Source: Verrucomicrobiia bacterium (GTDB lineage Bacteria; Verrucomicrobiota; Verrucomicrobiia; Limisphaerales; UBA11358). Taken from it: 64,000 bases of DNA. Numbering within the stretch: position 1 is the first letter of the stretch; each line of letters begins with the position of its first letter. The DNA lies in assembly GCA_036269115.1 (NCBI GenBank), contig DATAST010000208.1:2431-66430 (forward strand). Reading direction: 5' to 3'. Both the position numbers and the translations under genes were made by a program. Below the pieces are notes generated by a model that had not been told where the DNA came from, searched no databases, and saw nothing but the letters and a program-made list of their open reading frames with translations. This document shows, piece by piece, positions 36,042 to 45,514 of the stretch.

Positions 36042-36944
36042 TTAGACTTTTTCAATGTCCTTTTTGCCCAAAAGTCCAGACGGCTTGATGAGCAAAATAA
36101 GAATCAGGACCGCGAAGGCGATGGCGTTACGATAGGTGGAGGAAACGTATCCGGCCACGAACGTTTCGACCGTGCCGATAATGAGTCCGCCCAGGGCCGC
36201 GCCGGGCAGATTTCCGATACCGCCCAGGACTGCGGCGCAGAAGGCCTTCAATCCCGGCATGATGCCCATAAGCGGGTCCACCGCCGGATAGAGGACGGCA
36301 TATAGGATGCCCGCCGCAGCCGCCAATGCCGAACCCAGGCCGAATGTGAAGGAGATAATTACGTTGATGTTGACGCCCATGAGCGCCGCGCCTTCGGGAT
36401 TGAAGGACAGGGCGCGCATTGCCATGCCGGTTTTTGTTTTAAGAACGATGAAGCGCAATACGATGAGCAACGCCAAAGTGACTGCCAGCACAATGATTTG
36501 ATTGCTGGTCACGCTCAAGCCGCCCGTTCCAATGGTATATTCCGGGATTAATTTCGGAAATGGTCTGGGCGCGGCGCCAAAGACGTTCTGTCCGCCGTAT
36601 TCGAGAAAGAGTGAAACGCCGATGGATGTAATCAGCACCGCCAGTTTGGGACTGTACCGGAGAGGCCGATAAGCAAATCGTTCAATCAGGATTCCCAGCA
36701 CCGCGCAAATGGCCATTGAGCCGGCCATCACTATAATCGCGCTCCAAATCGAAGGCGTGGGCAAAAAAGCGGCGACCCGGGGCGTCAGATAATAGCCCGC
36801 GAACGCGCCAATCATGAAAACGTCGCCGTGCGCGAAGTTAATGAAGCGAAGGATCCCATAGACCATCGTGTAGCCCAGGGCGATTAGCGCCAGAATCGAG
36901 CCAAACGCGAGGCCGTTGATCAGTTGTTGGAGAAATTCGGTCAC
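36042..36944 (-). CDS. livH: Branched-chain amino acid ABC transporter permease LivH
   Basis: The N-terminus FLQQLINGLAFGSILALIALGYTMVYGILRFINFAHGD closely parallels the LivH N-terminus. Confidence 0.85.
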   Translation of the reverse strand: MTEFLQQLINGLAFGSILALIALGYTMVYGILRFINFAHGDVFMIGAFAGYYLTPRVAAFLPTPSIWSAIIVMAGSMAICAVLGILIERFAYRPLRYSPKLAVLITSIGVSLFLEYGGQNVFGAAPRPFPKLIPEYTIGTGGLSVTSNQIIVLAVTLALLIVLRFIVLKTKTGMAMRALSFNPEGAALMGVNINVIISFTFGLGSALAAAAGILYAVLYPAVDPLMGIMPGLKAFCAAVLGGIGNLPGAALGGLIIGTVETFVAGYVSSTYRNAIAFAVLILILLIKPSGLLGKKDIEKV

Positions 36945-37229
36945 TACAATTTACGATTTGCGATTTGCGATCTACGACCGGCGCTTTTCATTTTCTGTCG
37001 CCACGCCAATCGCAACTCGCTGCCACCTGAATGAGACGATCCGCCCAGACAAAATATCGCCGTTTTGCCCATCGAGTAACTATGTTGCCGTCACAAAAAA
37101 ACAGGATAATTGTTTTGAACGCAATCTGCAAGGCACGGCAGTAGATTTCATTTCAAATTTTAAAAATGGAAAACAAACATTTTTAGCAAACCCGGTTCCC
37201 GGCTGGCTTCTGGATCGAAACCGCTAAGC

Positions 37230-38804
37230 TCACCCGCCCTTTCTTCTATAAATGACAAACTGCGTCATCGTCCTGGCCGTTTGGTCCTGATAAAAATCCG
37301 GTTCGGGCATTCCGTCAACGCGCGGCGAATCGTGAACGGCCACGGTGATGGGTTCATAATGTTGTTTCAGGCTGTCAGACAGCGGCATCGGCGGGAAAAA
37401 GAAAACGTCTGAGACGCTCACAGGCAATATCCATTTTGGCTGATCCTGAAACGGAGACGGCGACAAACGGGCGTTAACGATTTTCAGCGGCGTATAAAAC
37501 ATTAACGGAAATTCCGGGTTCGGCGAAACGACTTCGTCTCCCGGTTTGGCCTGCTTTTGAAAGAAAGTGAGTACATCGGTAAATCGGTCCTGGTAAGGCG
37601 TCAGTGCGGCAAAAACAAAATTCGCCAGCGGTGATCGCAACGGGACTTGCTTCGCAAATGGGTCTGTCGCCACCGAAAAGACGTTGCTGACGCATTGGAT
37701 CAGCAGGAGCGCCACAGCCACAACCGTCCACCGGACATAGCGGAACAGCCATGCGCCGACGAGCAGGCACAGGGCGGGCAAAACCGGAAGTAAATACCGC
37801 AGATACCCGCCAGGCATGACCAGCAGAACCGGCGTGTAGAGAAAGGGAAGGAGAAACAAATACCGCTCGAAGCTGGCGACCTCGGTGGAAGGGTTTGTGG
37901 GCCCCGGATCGGCTGCCGGTTTCGAAAAACGTTTCACCAGCCAGCCATAGATCGGCAGCAACAGAATGCACCATGAAAAAAAGTAAAAGTGAAATTGCAC
38001 CACATAGAATCGAAGGGTTTTCGTCCACGGATCATGCGGTTCAGCCGAAGCCTGCCGCCAAAATTCTGAATACAGGAGCCAGGGCGCCGCTATCAGGACC
38101 AGGATGCCCAGGCTAATCACAAGCGGCAGCGCGGACGTTTTCTTTTGGCGAAATAAGTTCCAGGCCAAAATGAGCAATAACGGGACGTTGGCGGCGGCGA
38201 TCGTATAATTGCAATAAAATTGAAGAGTCAATCCGACAAGGATCAGCCATGGTCCGATTTTATTTTTTGTGAGGATTTGATAAATGCCATAGAGCACCAG
38301 AATTTCCGCAAAGACGGTGATGGAATAATAGCGGCTTTGGCGAATGTGCAGCAAAAACACCTCCGATGTACCCAGCAATAACATTGCCGCGAGGGTAATG
38401 CGATGCGACCGATAAATCATCCACGCCATCGCGCCCAACGCTGCCACTGTGAGCCAGCCGATGAATGCGAACGGCGCGCGCCCGGCCCACGTCGTTTCGC
38501 CAAACACGGCAAACGAAGCGGCTGTCACATACTCCGGCAGCCACGGCGACCACGTCCAAACTCCATCGCGCGCGTCAAATTTATCGCCGTGTAAGGAGAT
38601 GTGATTGATGCCGTCATCCACTTTCGGAACGCCGAATTTTAAAATGCTTCGGGCCAGAACTGCGTTTTCCCCTTCATCCGCCCAAAAAAGCCGGCCATCC
38701 AAATTGCCAAACGCCAAAAGGAAACCAGCCGCTCCCAAAAACAGATAAATGCAAGCGATGCCTATGACGCGAGGGCGAAAGCCGATGTTACCTTCGGTTT
38801 TCAT
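37230..38804 (-). CDS. GT-C fold membrane glycosyltransferase (ArnT/PMT, GT39/GT83-like), paralog 1
   Basis: More than 10 TM segments. The first-loop acidic motif is FWADEGENAVLARS. It is collinear with the upstream paralog. Confidence 0.65.
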   Translation of the reverse strand: MKTEGNIGFRPRVIGIACIYLFLGAAGFLLAFGNLDGRLFWADEGENAVLARSILKFGVPKVDDGINHISLHGDKFDARDGVWTWSPWLPEYVTAASFAVFGETTWAGRAPFAFIGWLTVAALGAMAWMIYRSHRITLAAMLLLGTSEVFLLHIRQSRYYSITVFAEILVLYGIYQILTKNKIGPWLILVGLTLQFYCNYTIAAANVPLLLILAWNLFRQKKTSALPLVISLGILVLIAAPWLLYSEFWRQASAEPHDPWTKTLRFYVVQFHFYFFSWCILLLPIYGWLVKRFSKPAADPGPTNPSTEVASFERYLFLLPFLYTPVLLVMPGGYLRYLLPVLPALCLLVGAWLFRYVRWTVVAVALLLIQCVSNVFSVATDPFAKQVPLRSPLANFVFAALTPYQDRFTDVLTFFQKQAKPGDEVVSPNPEFPLMFYTPLKIVNARLSPSPFQDQPKWILPVSVSDVFFFPPMPLSDSLKQHYEPITVAVHDSPRVDGMPEPDFYQDQTARTMTQFVIYRRKGG

Positions 38805-40428
38805 TCTTCAGCTTGTAGATAACGAACGGCGCCGTGCTCCCGGCCGTTTGAAGTTCATAGGCTTCCGGCTCAGGGATCGAATCCACTTGCGTGGAATTGC
38901 GAACCCTCAAAACGATCCTTTCGTAATGAGACTTCAACACATCGGGCAGTTCGTGCTTTTGATAGAGGTCGCCGGTAGCGCTTTCAGGCAAAATCCAATT
39001 GGGCAACGGATGAAAGGGGTCGCGGGTCAGACGTCCATCAATAATCTTTAGATGCGTATAATATGCCAGTGGAAATTCCGGGTCCCAGGAAAGCAGAGTG
39101 TCGCCAGGCCGGGCATGGTTTCCAAAAAACTTGAGCAAATCGGACAGCCGGTCTCCGTATGGCAAAAGTGAGCTGAAAAAAACGTCTGCGAACGGAGAAC
39201 GGATGGGATATTGCTTACCGAACGGATCTGTTGCCACTGCCAGGAGATTGGTCGTGCATTGCACCACCAAAATCACCACCACCACGACGGTCCATTTGAT
39301 ATAGCGAAAAAGCCACACCGCCACCAGCAGACAGGCAACCGGCAGCAGTGGCAATAGATACCTTGAAAACGCCAGGGGCATGACCAAAAGAACCGGTACA
39401 TACAGGATCATGAGGCCGATGAGATAGTGTTCAAATTGCGCCTGTCGCTCGGATTTACAAATCCGCCGGGCGCTCGACGTTGTACCGTCAGCCGATTGGG
39501 AAATCGGCGATACAGCAGGTTTGGAAACCTGCGCTACGCTCCGGCCAAAACGAGCGACGAGCCATGCTCCAATCGGCAGCAGAACATAGACCCATGGAAA
39601 GAAATGAAAATGAAATTGCCAGGCGTAGAATCGGATGAGGTGAGCCAACGTATCGTGTCCTTCTGCGGAGCCCTCACGCCAGAATTGGGTGAATATCAAC
39701 CAGGGCACAGAAAGCAGGAGGAAAATTCCAAAACACAAAAGCAATTGGAGAAAAGTGCTGCGGTCGCGCCGGTACAATCTCCACGCCAGCACGAGGAGGA
39801 CCGGGATGTTGGCAACCGCACAAGTGTAATTGCAATAAAATTGTACGAGCAATCCAGCCAGGATGAACCATGTACCGCCTTTGCCTTTGGCCAGGATTCG
39901 GTAAATGCCATAGACCAATAGAATTTGAGCCAGAATGGTAATGGAATAATAACGGCATTGCCGGATGTGCAGCAAAAACACTTCGGAGGTTCCCAACAAC
40001 AGCATTGCGGCCAGGGCAATCCGATGGCTCCGATAAATTTGCCATGCGACGAGGCCCAATAGGATGAATGCGAGCCAGCCAATCAACGCGAACGGCGCGC
40101 GCGCTGCCCACGTCGTCTCCCCCAAAATGGCAAAGGAACTCGCAGCGATATAATCCTGTAACCACGGCGACCAGGTCCAAAGTCCGTCGCGGGCATCAAA
40201 CCTGTCCCCGTGTATAGAGATATGATTGACGCCATCGTCGACTTTGGGAACGCCAAACTTCACGACGTTCCGCGCGAGCAAGGCCGTCTCCGCCTCATCA
40301 CCCCAGAACAGGCGGCTATCCAGGTTGCAAAAGGCGAGCAGGAAGACAAGTGCTGACAGCCCCAGATACAAGCCCGCGATGCCAATGACCCCGGGCCGGA
40401 AGGATCTGCCCATCTCAGTTTGGTTCAT
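38788..40428 (-). CDS. GT-C fold membrane glycosyltransferase (ArnT/PMT-like), paralog 2, with extra loop sequence derived from a hairpin repeat
   Basis: Roughly two-thirds identical by eye to paralog 1 across the N-terminal 290 aa (FWGDEAETALLARN ...). There is a 17-nt overlap with paralog 1. Confidence 0.65.
   Translation of the reverse strand: MNQTEMGRSFRPGVIGIAGLYLGLSALVFLLAFCNLDSRLFWGDEAETALLARNVVKFGVPKVDDGVNHISIHGDRFDARDGLWTWSPWLQDYIAASSFAILGETTWAARAPFALIGWLAFILLGLVAWQIYRSHRIALAAMLLLGTSEVFLLHIRQCRYYSITILAQILLVYGIYRILAKGKGGTWFILAGLLVQFYCNYTCAVANIPVLLVLAWRLYRRDRSTFLQLLLCFGIFLLLSVPWLIFTQFWREGSAEGHDTLAHLIRFYAWQFHFHFFPWVYVLLPIGAWLVARFGRSVAQVSKPAVSPISQSADGTTSSARRICKSERQAQFEHYLIGLMILYVPVLLVMPLAFSRYLLPLLPVACLLVAVWLFRYIKWTVVVVVILVVQCTTNLLAVATDPFGKQYPIRSPFADVFFSSLLPYGDRLSDLLKFFGNHARPGDTLLSWDPEFPLAYYTHLKIIDGRLTRDPFHPLPNWILPESATGDLYQKHELPDVLKSHYERIVLRVRNSTQVDSIPEPEAYELQTAGSTAPFVIYKLKNENRR
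39488..39538. repeat. Double-hairpin dispersed-repeat-like element embedded in-frame in a CDS
   Basis: The sequence cagCCGATTgggaAATCGGcgatagCAGGTTTggAAACCTGcgctacg has two perfect stems of 6 bp and 7 bp. It ends in GCGCTACG, like the intergenic hairpin-CTACG elements elsewhere in the window. Confidence 0.6.
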
Positions 40429-40657
40429 TTCGCTGGAATGATTTAATGAATGGAAATTCTAACCGGAATCCAATCATTGCCCTTTGACAGACTGCAAATA
40501 TACGGCACGCGTGATTGAATATCTCACAGCACGACGTTCCTGCTCGACCCAACCGTGCAACATGTCCGCTTGACCAGTTCAAAAAGCAACTGCGCGTCCG
40601 CATCCCGAAACTGGCGGAAATACATCCGGTCGGTTTCAAGGAATGCGGCGGAAACAC

Positions 40658-42697
40658 TCATGCCGATCGATTCTTAATCTCGGTCAAAATTCCGGCGATC
40701 ACTTCGGCCCTGGGCTTTACCCCCAGGTTGCCTTTGCCGTGAACGCGAACGCTGACGTTTCCGGCGTCCATATCCCGACCGCCAATCACGAGCATCGTAT
40801 GGACTTTAGCCTTTTCCGCTTCCTGGATTTTGCCGTTGATTTTATTGGATGAAAAATCGGATTCCGTCCGCACGAAATTGCCCCGCAATTCGTTCACAAT
40901 TTGCTTTGCATAGCTCACCAGTTTTTCGTCATCGCCAATCGTCATGACCCTGACCTGTTCGGGAGCGAGCCAGAGCGGGAAATTGCCGGCGTAATGCTCA
41001 ATCAGGAATCCAATGAACCGTTCGTGCGTCCCGAGTGGAGCCCGATGGATGCACAATGGCGTCTTTTCGGAATTATCGCGGTCGCGATAGACCAGGCCGA
41101 ATTTTTTGGGGACCGCGAAGTCTACCTGGTTGGTGGCGATGGTAAACTCGCGGCCAATGGCGCTCCAAACCTGCACGTCAATCTTCGGGCCGTAAAACGC
41201 GGCTTCATTCGGCACTTCCACGTAATTGATGCCGGATTTTTGCAGGACCTCGCGCACCATATTCTCGGTTTGAATCCAGAGTTCGGGTTCATTGACGAAT
41301 TTCTGGCCAAGCTTGGCCGGATCGTGCGTGCTGAAACGCATCTGATATTTTTCCAGGCCGAAGATCTTGAAATATTTCAGGTACATTTCGTTGACCGCGT
41401 TGAACTCCTCCGCGAATTGTTCCGCCGTGCAATAAATGTGAGCATCGTTCATGTTCAGCGAGCGAACGCGCATGAGGCCGAACAATTCGCCGCTTTGCTC
41501 ATAGCGATAGCAGCAGCCGTACTCGGCCAGGCGCAACGGCAAATCGCGATAACTGTGCGGCTCCGCTGCAAAAATGCGGTGATGGTGCGGGCAGTTCATG
41601 GCTTTGAGGTAGTAATTCTCAGTTTCTTCCGAAGAGGCGTCTAAGGCAGCCAGCCAATTTTTTGTCGCCTTGTCCTGAGCAAACGCCTCATCTCTGAGCT
41701 TTGCAGCTATTTCAACCTGTGAAAAACCCTCCGCAGACAAACGTTCAAAGTTGAGGACGCTGTCAAGCCTAGCAGACGCAATCTCAAGCTCCTTACGCAC
41801 CTGTTTTAATTTCTCCTCCCGCTTTCCCTTCTCCCCGCTTTCAAGAGAGAGCTTCAACGGCGGGAACATCGATTCCTGATACAGCGGAATATGTCCGCTT
41901 GTGACGTACATTTTTTCGCGCGCAATATGCGGTGTTTTCACCCGCACATAACCGGCCGCAAATTCCGTTTCCTTGGCCAACTTTTCCAGTTCCTCAACAA
42001 TGGCCGTGCCTTTCGGCAGCCACAACGCCAGCCCGGGCCCGACGTATTCGGTATCGATCGCAAACAGTCCCATTTCCGCGCCGATTTTCCGGTGGTCGCG
42101 CTTTTTCGCCTCTTCGATCATGGTGAAGTAGGCGTCCATCTCAGTCTTGTTCTTGAACGCGGTGCCGTAAATGCGCTGGAGCTGCGGATTGCGTTCGTCG
42201 CCCTTGTAATAGGCACTGGCGACGGTGGTGAGCTTGAACGCGCCGATATTGCCCGTGCGCATCACATGCGGTCCGGCGCAGAGATCGAGGAAATCACCGT
42301 TCTTGTAATAGGAAATCGGTTCGCCTTCGGGAATGGCTTCCAGGTTGCCCATCTTGAATTTGCTCGGATTGCCCGGGCGCTCGCCCAAACCGCCGAGTCG
42401 GCCACTTTCGGAATCTTTTATAGCCTGCTCGCGAGTCACGACGATTTTCTCAAATGGGTTGTTGGCCTTGATTTCCTTTTTCATCTCCTCCTCGATTTTT
42501 GGAAAATCTTCGGGTGAGATGCGATGTTTCAGGTCAACGTCGTAATAAAATCCGTTTTCAACAGGCGGCCCGGCGGCGAATTGTGCGTCCGGCCAAAGGC
42601 GCAGGATGGCCGTGGCCATGACATGCGCGGCGGAATGCCGGATACGCTCCAATTCGGTCATTTTGGCTCGATCATCAAGTGTCTTACGGTCTTGCAT
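40658..42697 (-). CDS. thrS: Threonine--tRNA ligase (lacks the N-terminal TGS domain; ~80-aa insertion in the catalytic core)
   Basis: RHSAAHVMATAILRLWP ... NGFYYDVDL (editing domain), YLKAMNCPHHHRIF, RVRSLNMNDAHIY, and the C-terminal anticodon-binding domain. Confidence 0.9.
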   Translation of the reverse strand: MQDRKTLDDRAKMTELERIRHSAAHVMATAILRLWPDAQFAAGPPVENGFYYDVDLKHRISPEDFPKIEEEMKKEIKANNPFEKIVVTREQAIKDSESGRLGGLGERPGNPSKFKMGNLEAIPEGEPISYYKNGDFLDLCAGPHVMRTGNIGAFKLTTVASAYYKGDERNPQLQRIYGTAFKNKTEMDAYFTMIEEAKKRDHRKIGAEMGLFAIDTEYVGPGLALWLPKGTAIVEELEKLAKETEFAAGYVRVKTPHIAREKMYVTSGHIPLYQESMFPPLKLSLESGEKGKREEKLKQVRKELEIASARLDSVLNFERLSAEGFSQVEIAAKLRDEAFAQDKATKNWLAALDASSEETENYYLKAMNCPHHHRIFAAEPHSYRDLPLRLAEYGCCYRYEQSGELFGLMRVRSLNMNDAHIYCTAEQFAEEFNAVNEMYLKYFKIFGLEKYQMRFSTHDPAKLGQKFVNEPELWIQTENMVREVLQKSGINYVEVPNEAAFYGPKIDVQVWSAIGREFTIATNQVDFAVPKKFGLVYRDRDNSEKTPLCIHRAPLGTHERFIGFLIEHYAGNFPLWLAPEQVRVMTIGDDEKLVSYAKQIVNELRGNFVRTESDFSSNKINGKIQEAEKAKVHTMLVIGGRDMDAGNVSVRVHGKGNLGVKPRAEVIAGILTEIKNRSA

Positions 42698-42741
42698 AAA
42701 TTATGAACGAGAATGGGAGCAGAAAATCAGCGGAAAGACAA

Positions 42742-42855
42742 GGCGGTTTGCACCGCAGCCACGCTTCCGGGTGCATCTCAGTTTCTTGCAGTCCGGGATG
42801 AACGGTGGATCGGGTCGGGTGCCGGGGATACGGCCCGGCTTAACCTTCTGCTACA
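42742..42855. repeat. Composite dispersed repeat: a partial copy of the GC-rich palindromic element plus a hairpin-CTACAG unit
   Basis: 42742-42808 (ggcggtttgcaccgc ... gggtgcatctcagtttcttgcagtccgggatgaacggtgg) matches both arms of the element at 55665-55898. 42821-42855 is GCCGGGgatacggCCCGGC followed by ttaaccttctgctacag. Confidence 0.6.
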
Positions 42856-42973
42856 GTTGGCGTCATCGCCCCTCTCACCCCGATATTCCACCATACCTGC
42901 CAAGCACACGGGCAGGTGGCGCTGCCACCGGTTGACAAACGCGAAGTGATAATTTATTAATCTCGGAACGGGT

Positions 42974-43303
42974 ATGAATACAACTGTATATGGCCGGGGT
43001 TTTGATAAATGGTCTCATGGAATTTTGCTCCCGCTTGTTACTTTTATTGCAGGTCACGTGTCGTTTTTCGCCCTGGCACTCGTCTTTACGGGAGGCGAAG
43101 CTATTGGGTACTACATGCTTTTTTCCCCGCTTATTTTCGTTGTCCTTGTTTTAAGTATCCTGCTGATATTGGGGTTGAACGCGTTGCTGATGATCCCGAA
43201 TTGGAAAAGGCGACGGACTGTTTGGTTCATTGGAGCGATTGTTCCAGCGTGTATTGTTGTCGCAGAAGTTATTTACGCGCGGAACATGTCCATCGGTTGC
43301 TGA
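42974..43303 (+). CDS. Small multi-TM membrane protein, unknown function
   Basis: 109 aa with 3-4 hydrophobic helices. No recognisable motif. Confidence 0.4.
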   Translation: MNTTVYGRGFDKWSHGILLPLVTFIAGHVSFFALALVFTGGEAIGYYMLFSPLIFVVLVLSILLILGLNALLMIPNWKRRRTVWFIGAIVPACIVVAEVIYARNMSIGC

Positions 43304-43514
43304 ATTTGCGCAGGAGACGACGTCCGGAGTCTCTGGCTGAACCAGTGAAAATACTGATTAACCGCAAAGATCGCAAAGATTACAGAGATCTGCTTCTTGT
43401 CAGCCGAGGCACGAGGCGCCAATTGAGTGCTCTGAATGGGCAGAGGATATTAGCCAGGGGTCGAGCGCGACTACCCCTGGCGATTTGCGAATCCAAATTT
43501 GCATTGATACTTCC

Positions 43515-43530
43515 ATGTAAACGTTTACAT
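43515..43530. promoter_or_regulatory. Perfect 16-bp palindrome ATGTAAACGTTTACAT, a LacI/GalR-family-type operator candidate
   Basis: It is an exact palindrome with a central CG and TGTAAACG half-sites, like idealised LacI-family operators. It lies 18-48 nt upstream of the candidate starts of the GH43-like gene. Confidence 0.5.
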
Positions 43531-43547
43531 CGTAACCGCGATTTAAC

Positions 43548-44507
43548 ATGATGACAAGAGAGCGCAAGGCTTCACATATGAAAACGTTTTTAACCGTACT
43601 GCTTGTTTTACTCACCGGAGGAATTCTCGAAGGCGTGGCTGTGCCGCCGACCCTGGTTGAAGCCGGGCCGTTCATAAAAATCTACGATCCCAGTATCGGA
43701 GAGACAAACCGCTGGTACATCAATGACCACTGTTTTATCCAGGGACCGGACGGCCTGTGGCACATGTTTGGGATTACCCATGCCGAGCCCAGGGACCCGC
43801 AACATGAAATTTATTTTGCGCACGCGACCGCTAAAACGTTGTTGCAACAGCCATGGGACAAAAAGCCGTTTGCGTTAGAGGCCGCCACAGGCGCCCCATG
43901 GTATGAAACTCATTTGTGGGCGCCGGACATCGTTTCTTACCATCACCTATTCTACATGTTTTATTGCGCCGGCGGTTCCGACCACACGAAGTACAAAATC
44001 AACCTCGCGACTTCGCCGGACCTCGAAACCTGGACCCGTTCCCCGCGGAATCCGATGATTGTGGACGGATTTGACGCGCGCGATCCTTTCATTCTCCAAA
44101 TCAACGGCAAATGGGTTCTTTATTATTGCGCGACGAGCGACCCATCCAGGGGACATCATGTTGTCGCCTGCATGACGAGCGATGATTTGCTGACGTGGAC
44201 CAATCGGCAAATTGTTTTTTCCGATCCGTCCATCGGAACGTTTGCAGGTAATACTGAATCACCGTTTGTAGTGCAACGCGGCAAAGCCTGGTATTTGTTC
44301 ATCGGGCCGCGAGGCGGTTATGACGGAACCGATGTTTTTATTAGTCATGACCCTTTTCATTGGGACATTAATGACAAGGTCGGGCACATCCCCGCCCATG
44401 CCGCGGAAGTAATTCAGGATACCGATGGCAAATGGTATATCAGCCGCGCCGGATGGGGTCGCGGAGGGCTTTATTTGGCGCCGCTGATATGGAAAGATAG
44501 AAATTAA
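43548..44507 (+). CDS. Secreted five-bladed beta-propeller glycoside hydrolase-like protein (GH43/GH32 clan-like)
   Basis: Signal peptide from the Met at 43578 (MKTFLTVLLVLLTGG). Motifs WHMFGITH, LWAPDIV, ARDPFILQINGKWVLYY and SPFVVQRGKAWYLF are typical of propeller blades. Confidence 0.6.
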   Translation: MMTRERKASHMKTFLTVLLVLLTGGILEGVAVPPTLVEAGPFIKIYDPSIGETNRWYINDHCFIQGPDGLWHMFGITHAEPRDPQHEIYFAHATAKTLLQQPWDKKPFALEAATGAPWYETHLWAPDIVSYHHLFYMFYCAGGSDHTKYKINLATSPDLETWTRSPRNPMIVDGFDARDPFILQINGKWVLYYCATSDPSRGHHVVACMTSDDLLTWTNRQIVFSDPSIGTFAGNTESPFVVQRGKAWYLFIGPRGGYDGTDVFISHDPFHWDINDKVGHIPAHAAEVIQDTDGKWYISRAGWGRGGLYLAPLIWKDRN

Positions 44508-44571
44508 GGTTTTGAGTCCTTGCTGAAATCGACAGTCATGCTACTATTTGAATTGGGCCATAGGCAGATGC

Positions 44572-45459
44572 ATGAAATTCCGGCATTGTACATGTTCCAG
44601 TCCCGGCGACACGGGAGGTGCCAAGACAGGATTTACCCTCGTTGAATTGCTCGTTGTTATAGCGATTATTGGCATCCTGACCGCAGTGTTTTTGCCTGTC
44701 CTGGCCCGGGCCAAGACACGGGCTTTGCGTATCCAGTGCATTAGCAACGAAAGGCAGCTGACATTGACATGGGCGGTTTACCTGGGAGACAACGACAATA
44801 AACTGCCTCCAAACAGCAAATGCCCTCCCGATGGCGACCCGGATTTGAAGTTATGGGTGCAAGGCTCATATTACTACCCGGATACCAACGATGCTCTTCT
44901 ATACAGCCCCAAATATGCGCTGTTCGCGCCTTATTTGGCCGCCACCCGGGTGTATCATTGTCCGGCAGACATTTCGGAGTTCTCTCGCAATGGCATCCAG
45001 TGTCCTAAGCTAAGAAGCTACGGGCTCAATGCGTGGATGGGGTGGGCGGGGGTGTGGGATGGTGTGCTCGGCTCTCCCACTGGCTGCCGTATCTTTCAAC
45101 AGGCAAGTGAAATCACAACTCCATCGCGATATTTTACGTTTCAAGATGTTTACCCATCGAGTATCTGCTGGCCATCTTTTGGCGTTTCCATGACGTATCC
45201 AGGTTCGGAAGTATTCTATAATTTCCCCTCAATCGCACACGATAACGGAGGAGTAGTGGCCTTTGCTGACAGCCACGTAGAATGGCATCGTTGGAGGGAT
45301 CCGCGGACTCTGTCCCCCACTTCCATTGATTTCCACAGACACAGTGATCCATCACCGTACAACGCAGACGTTGATTGGCTCCAATATCATGCAACGATAA
45401 TCGTTGACCAACCAACCTTGACGCTGCCTCCCGGGAAGGGCCCCACGGGTCCTATGTGA
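44572..45459 (+). CDS. Prepilin-type N-terminal cleavage/methylation domain protein with an H-X9-DG-like C-terminal region
   Basis: GFTLVELLVVIAIIGILTAVFLPVLARAK (type IV pilin-like leader) and C-terminal VVAFADSHVEWHRWRD. Confidence 0.8.
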   Translation: MKFRHCTCSSPGDTGGAKTGFTLVELLVVIAIIGILTAVFLPVLARAKTRALRIQCISNERQLTLTWAVYLGDNDNKLPPNSKCPPDGDPDLKLWVQGSYYYPDTNDALLYSPKYALFAPYLAATRVYHCPADISEFSRNGIQCPKLRSYGLNAWMGWAGVWDGVLGSPTGCRIFQQASEITTPSRYFTFQDVYPSSICWPSFGVSMTYPGSEVFYNFPSIAHDNGGVVAFADSHVEWHRWRDPRTLSPTSIDFHRHSDPSPYNADVDWLQYHATIIVDQPTLTLPPGKGPTGPM

Positions 45460-45514
45460 GAAAACCAAAGAAGGCCTAAACAAATTGGCCAGATGGATGG
45501 CATTCAATCCGCAG

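Noticed and set aside
37474-38028. 184-aa minus-strand ORF inside GT-C paralog 1. The same applies to 39674-40180 and 39696-40082 inside paralog 2.
   Set aside because: These are alternative frames of clearly membrane-protein-coding genes. The translations are Arg/Gly/Pro-rich and lack TM or domain features.
42698-42973. T-box, or a tRNA-mimic operator as in E. coli thrS, in the thrS upstream region.
   Set aside because: I found no specifier-loop/T-box consensus and no anticodon-arm mimic with a xGU loop. The structured segments there are copies of dispersed repeat families seen elsewhere in the window.
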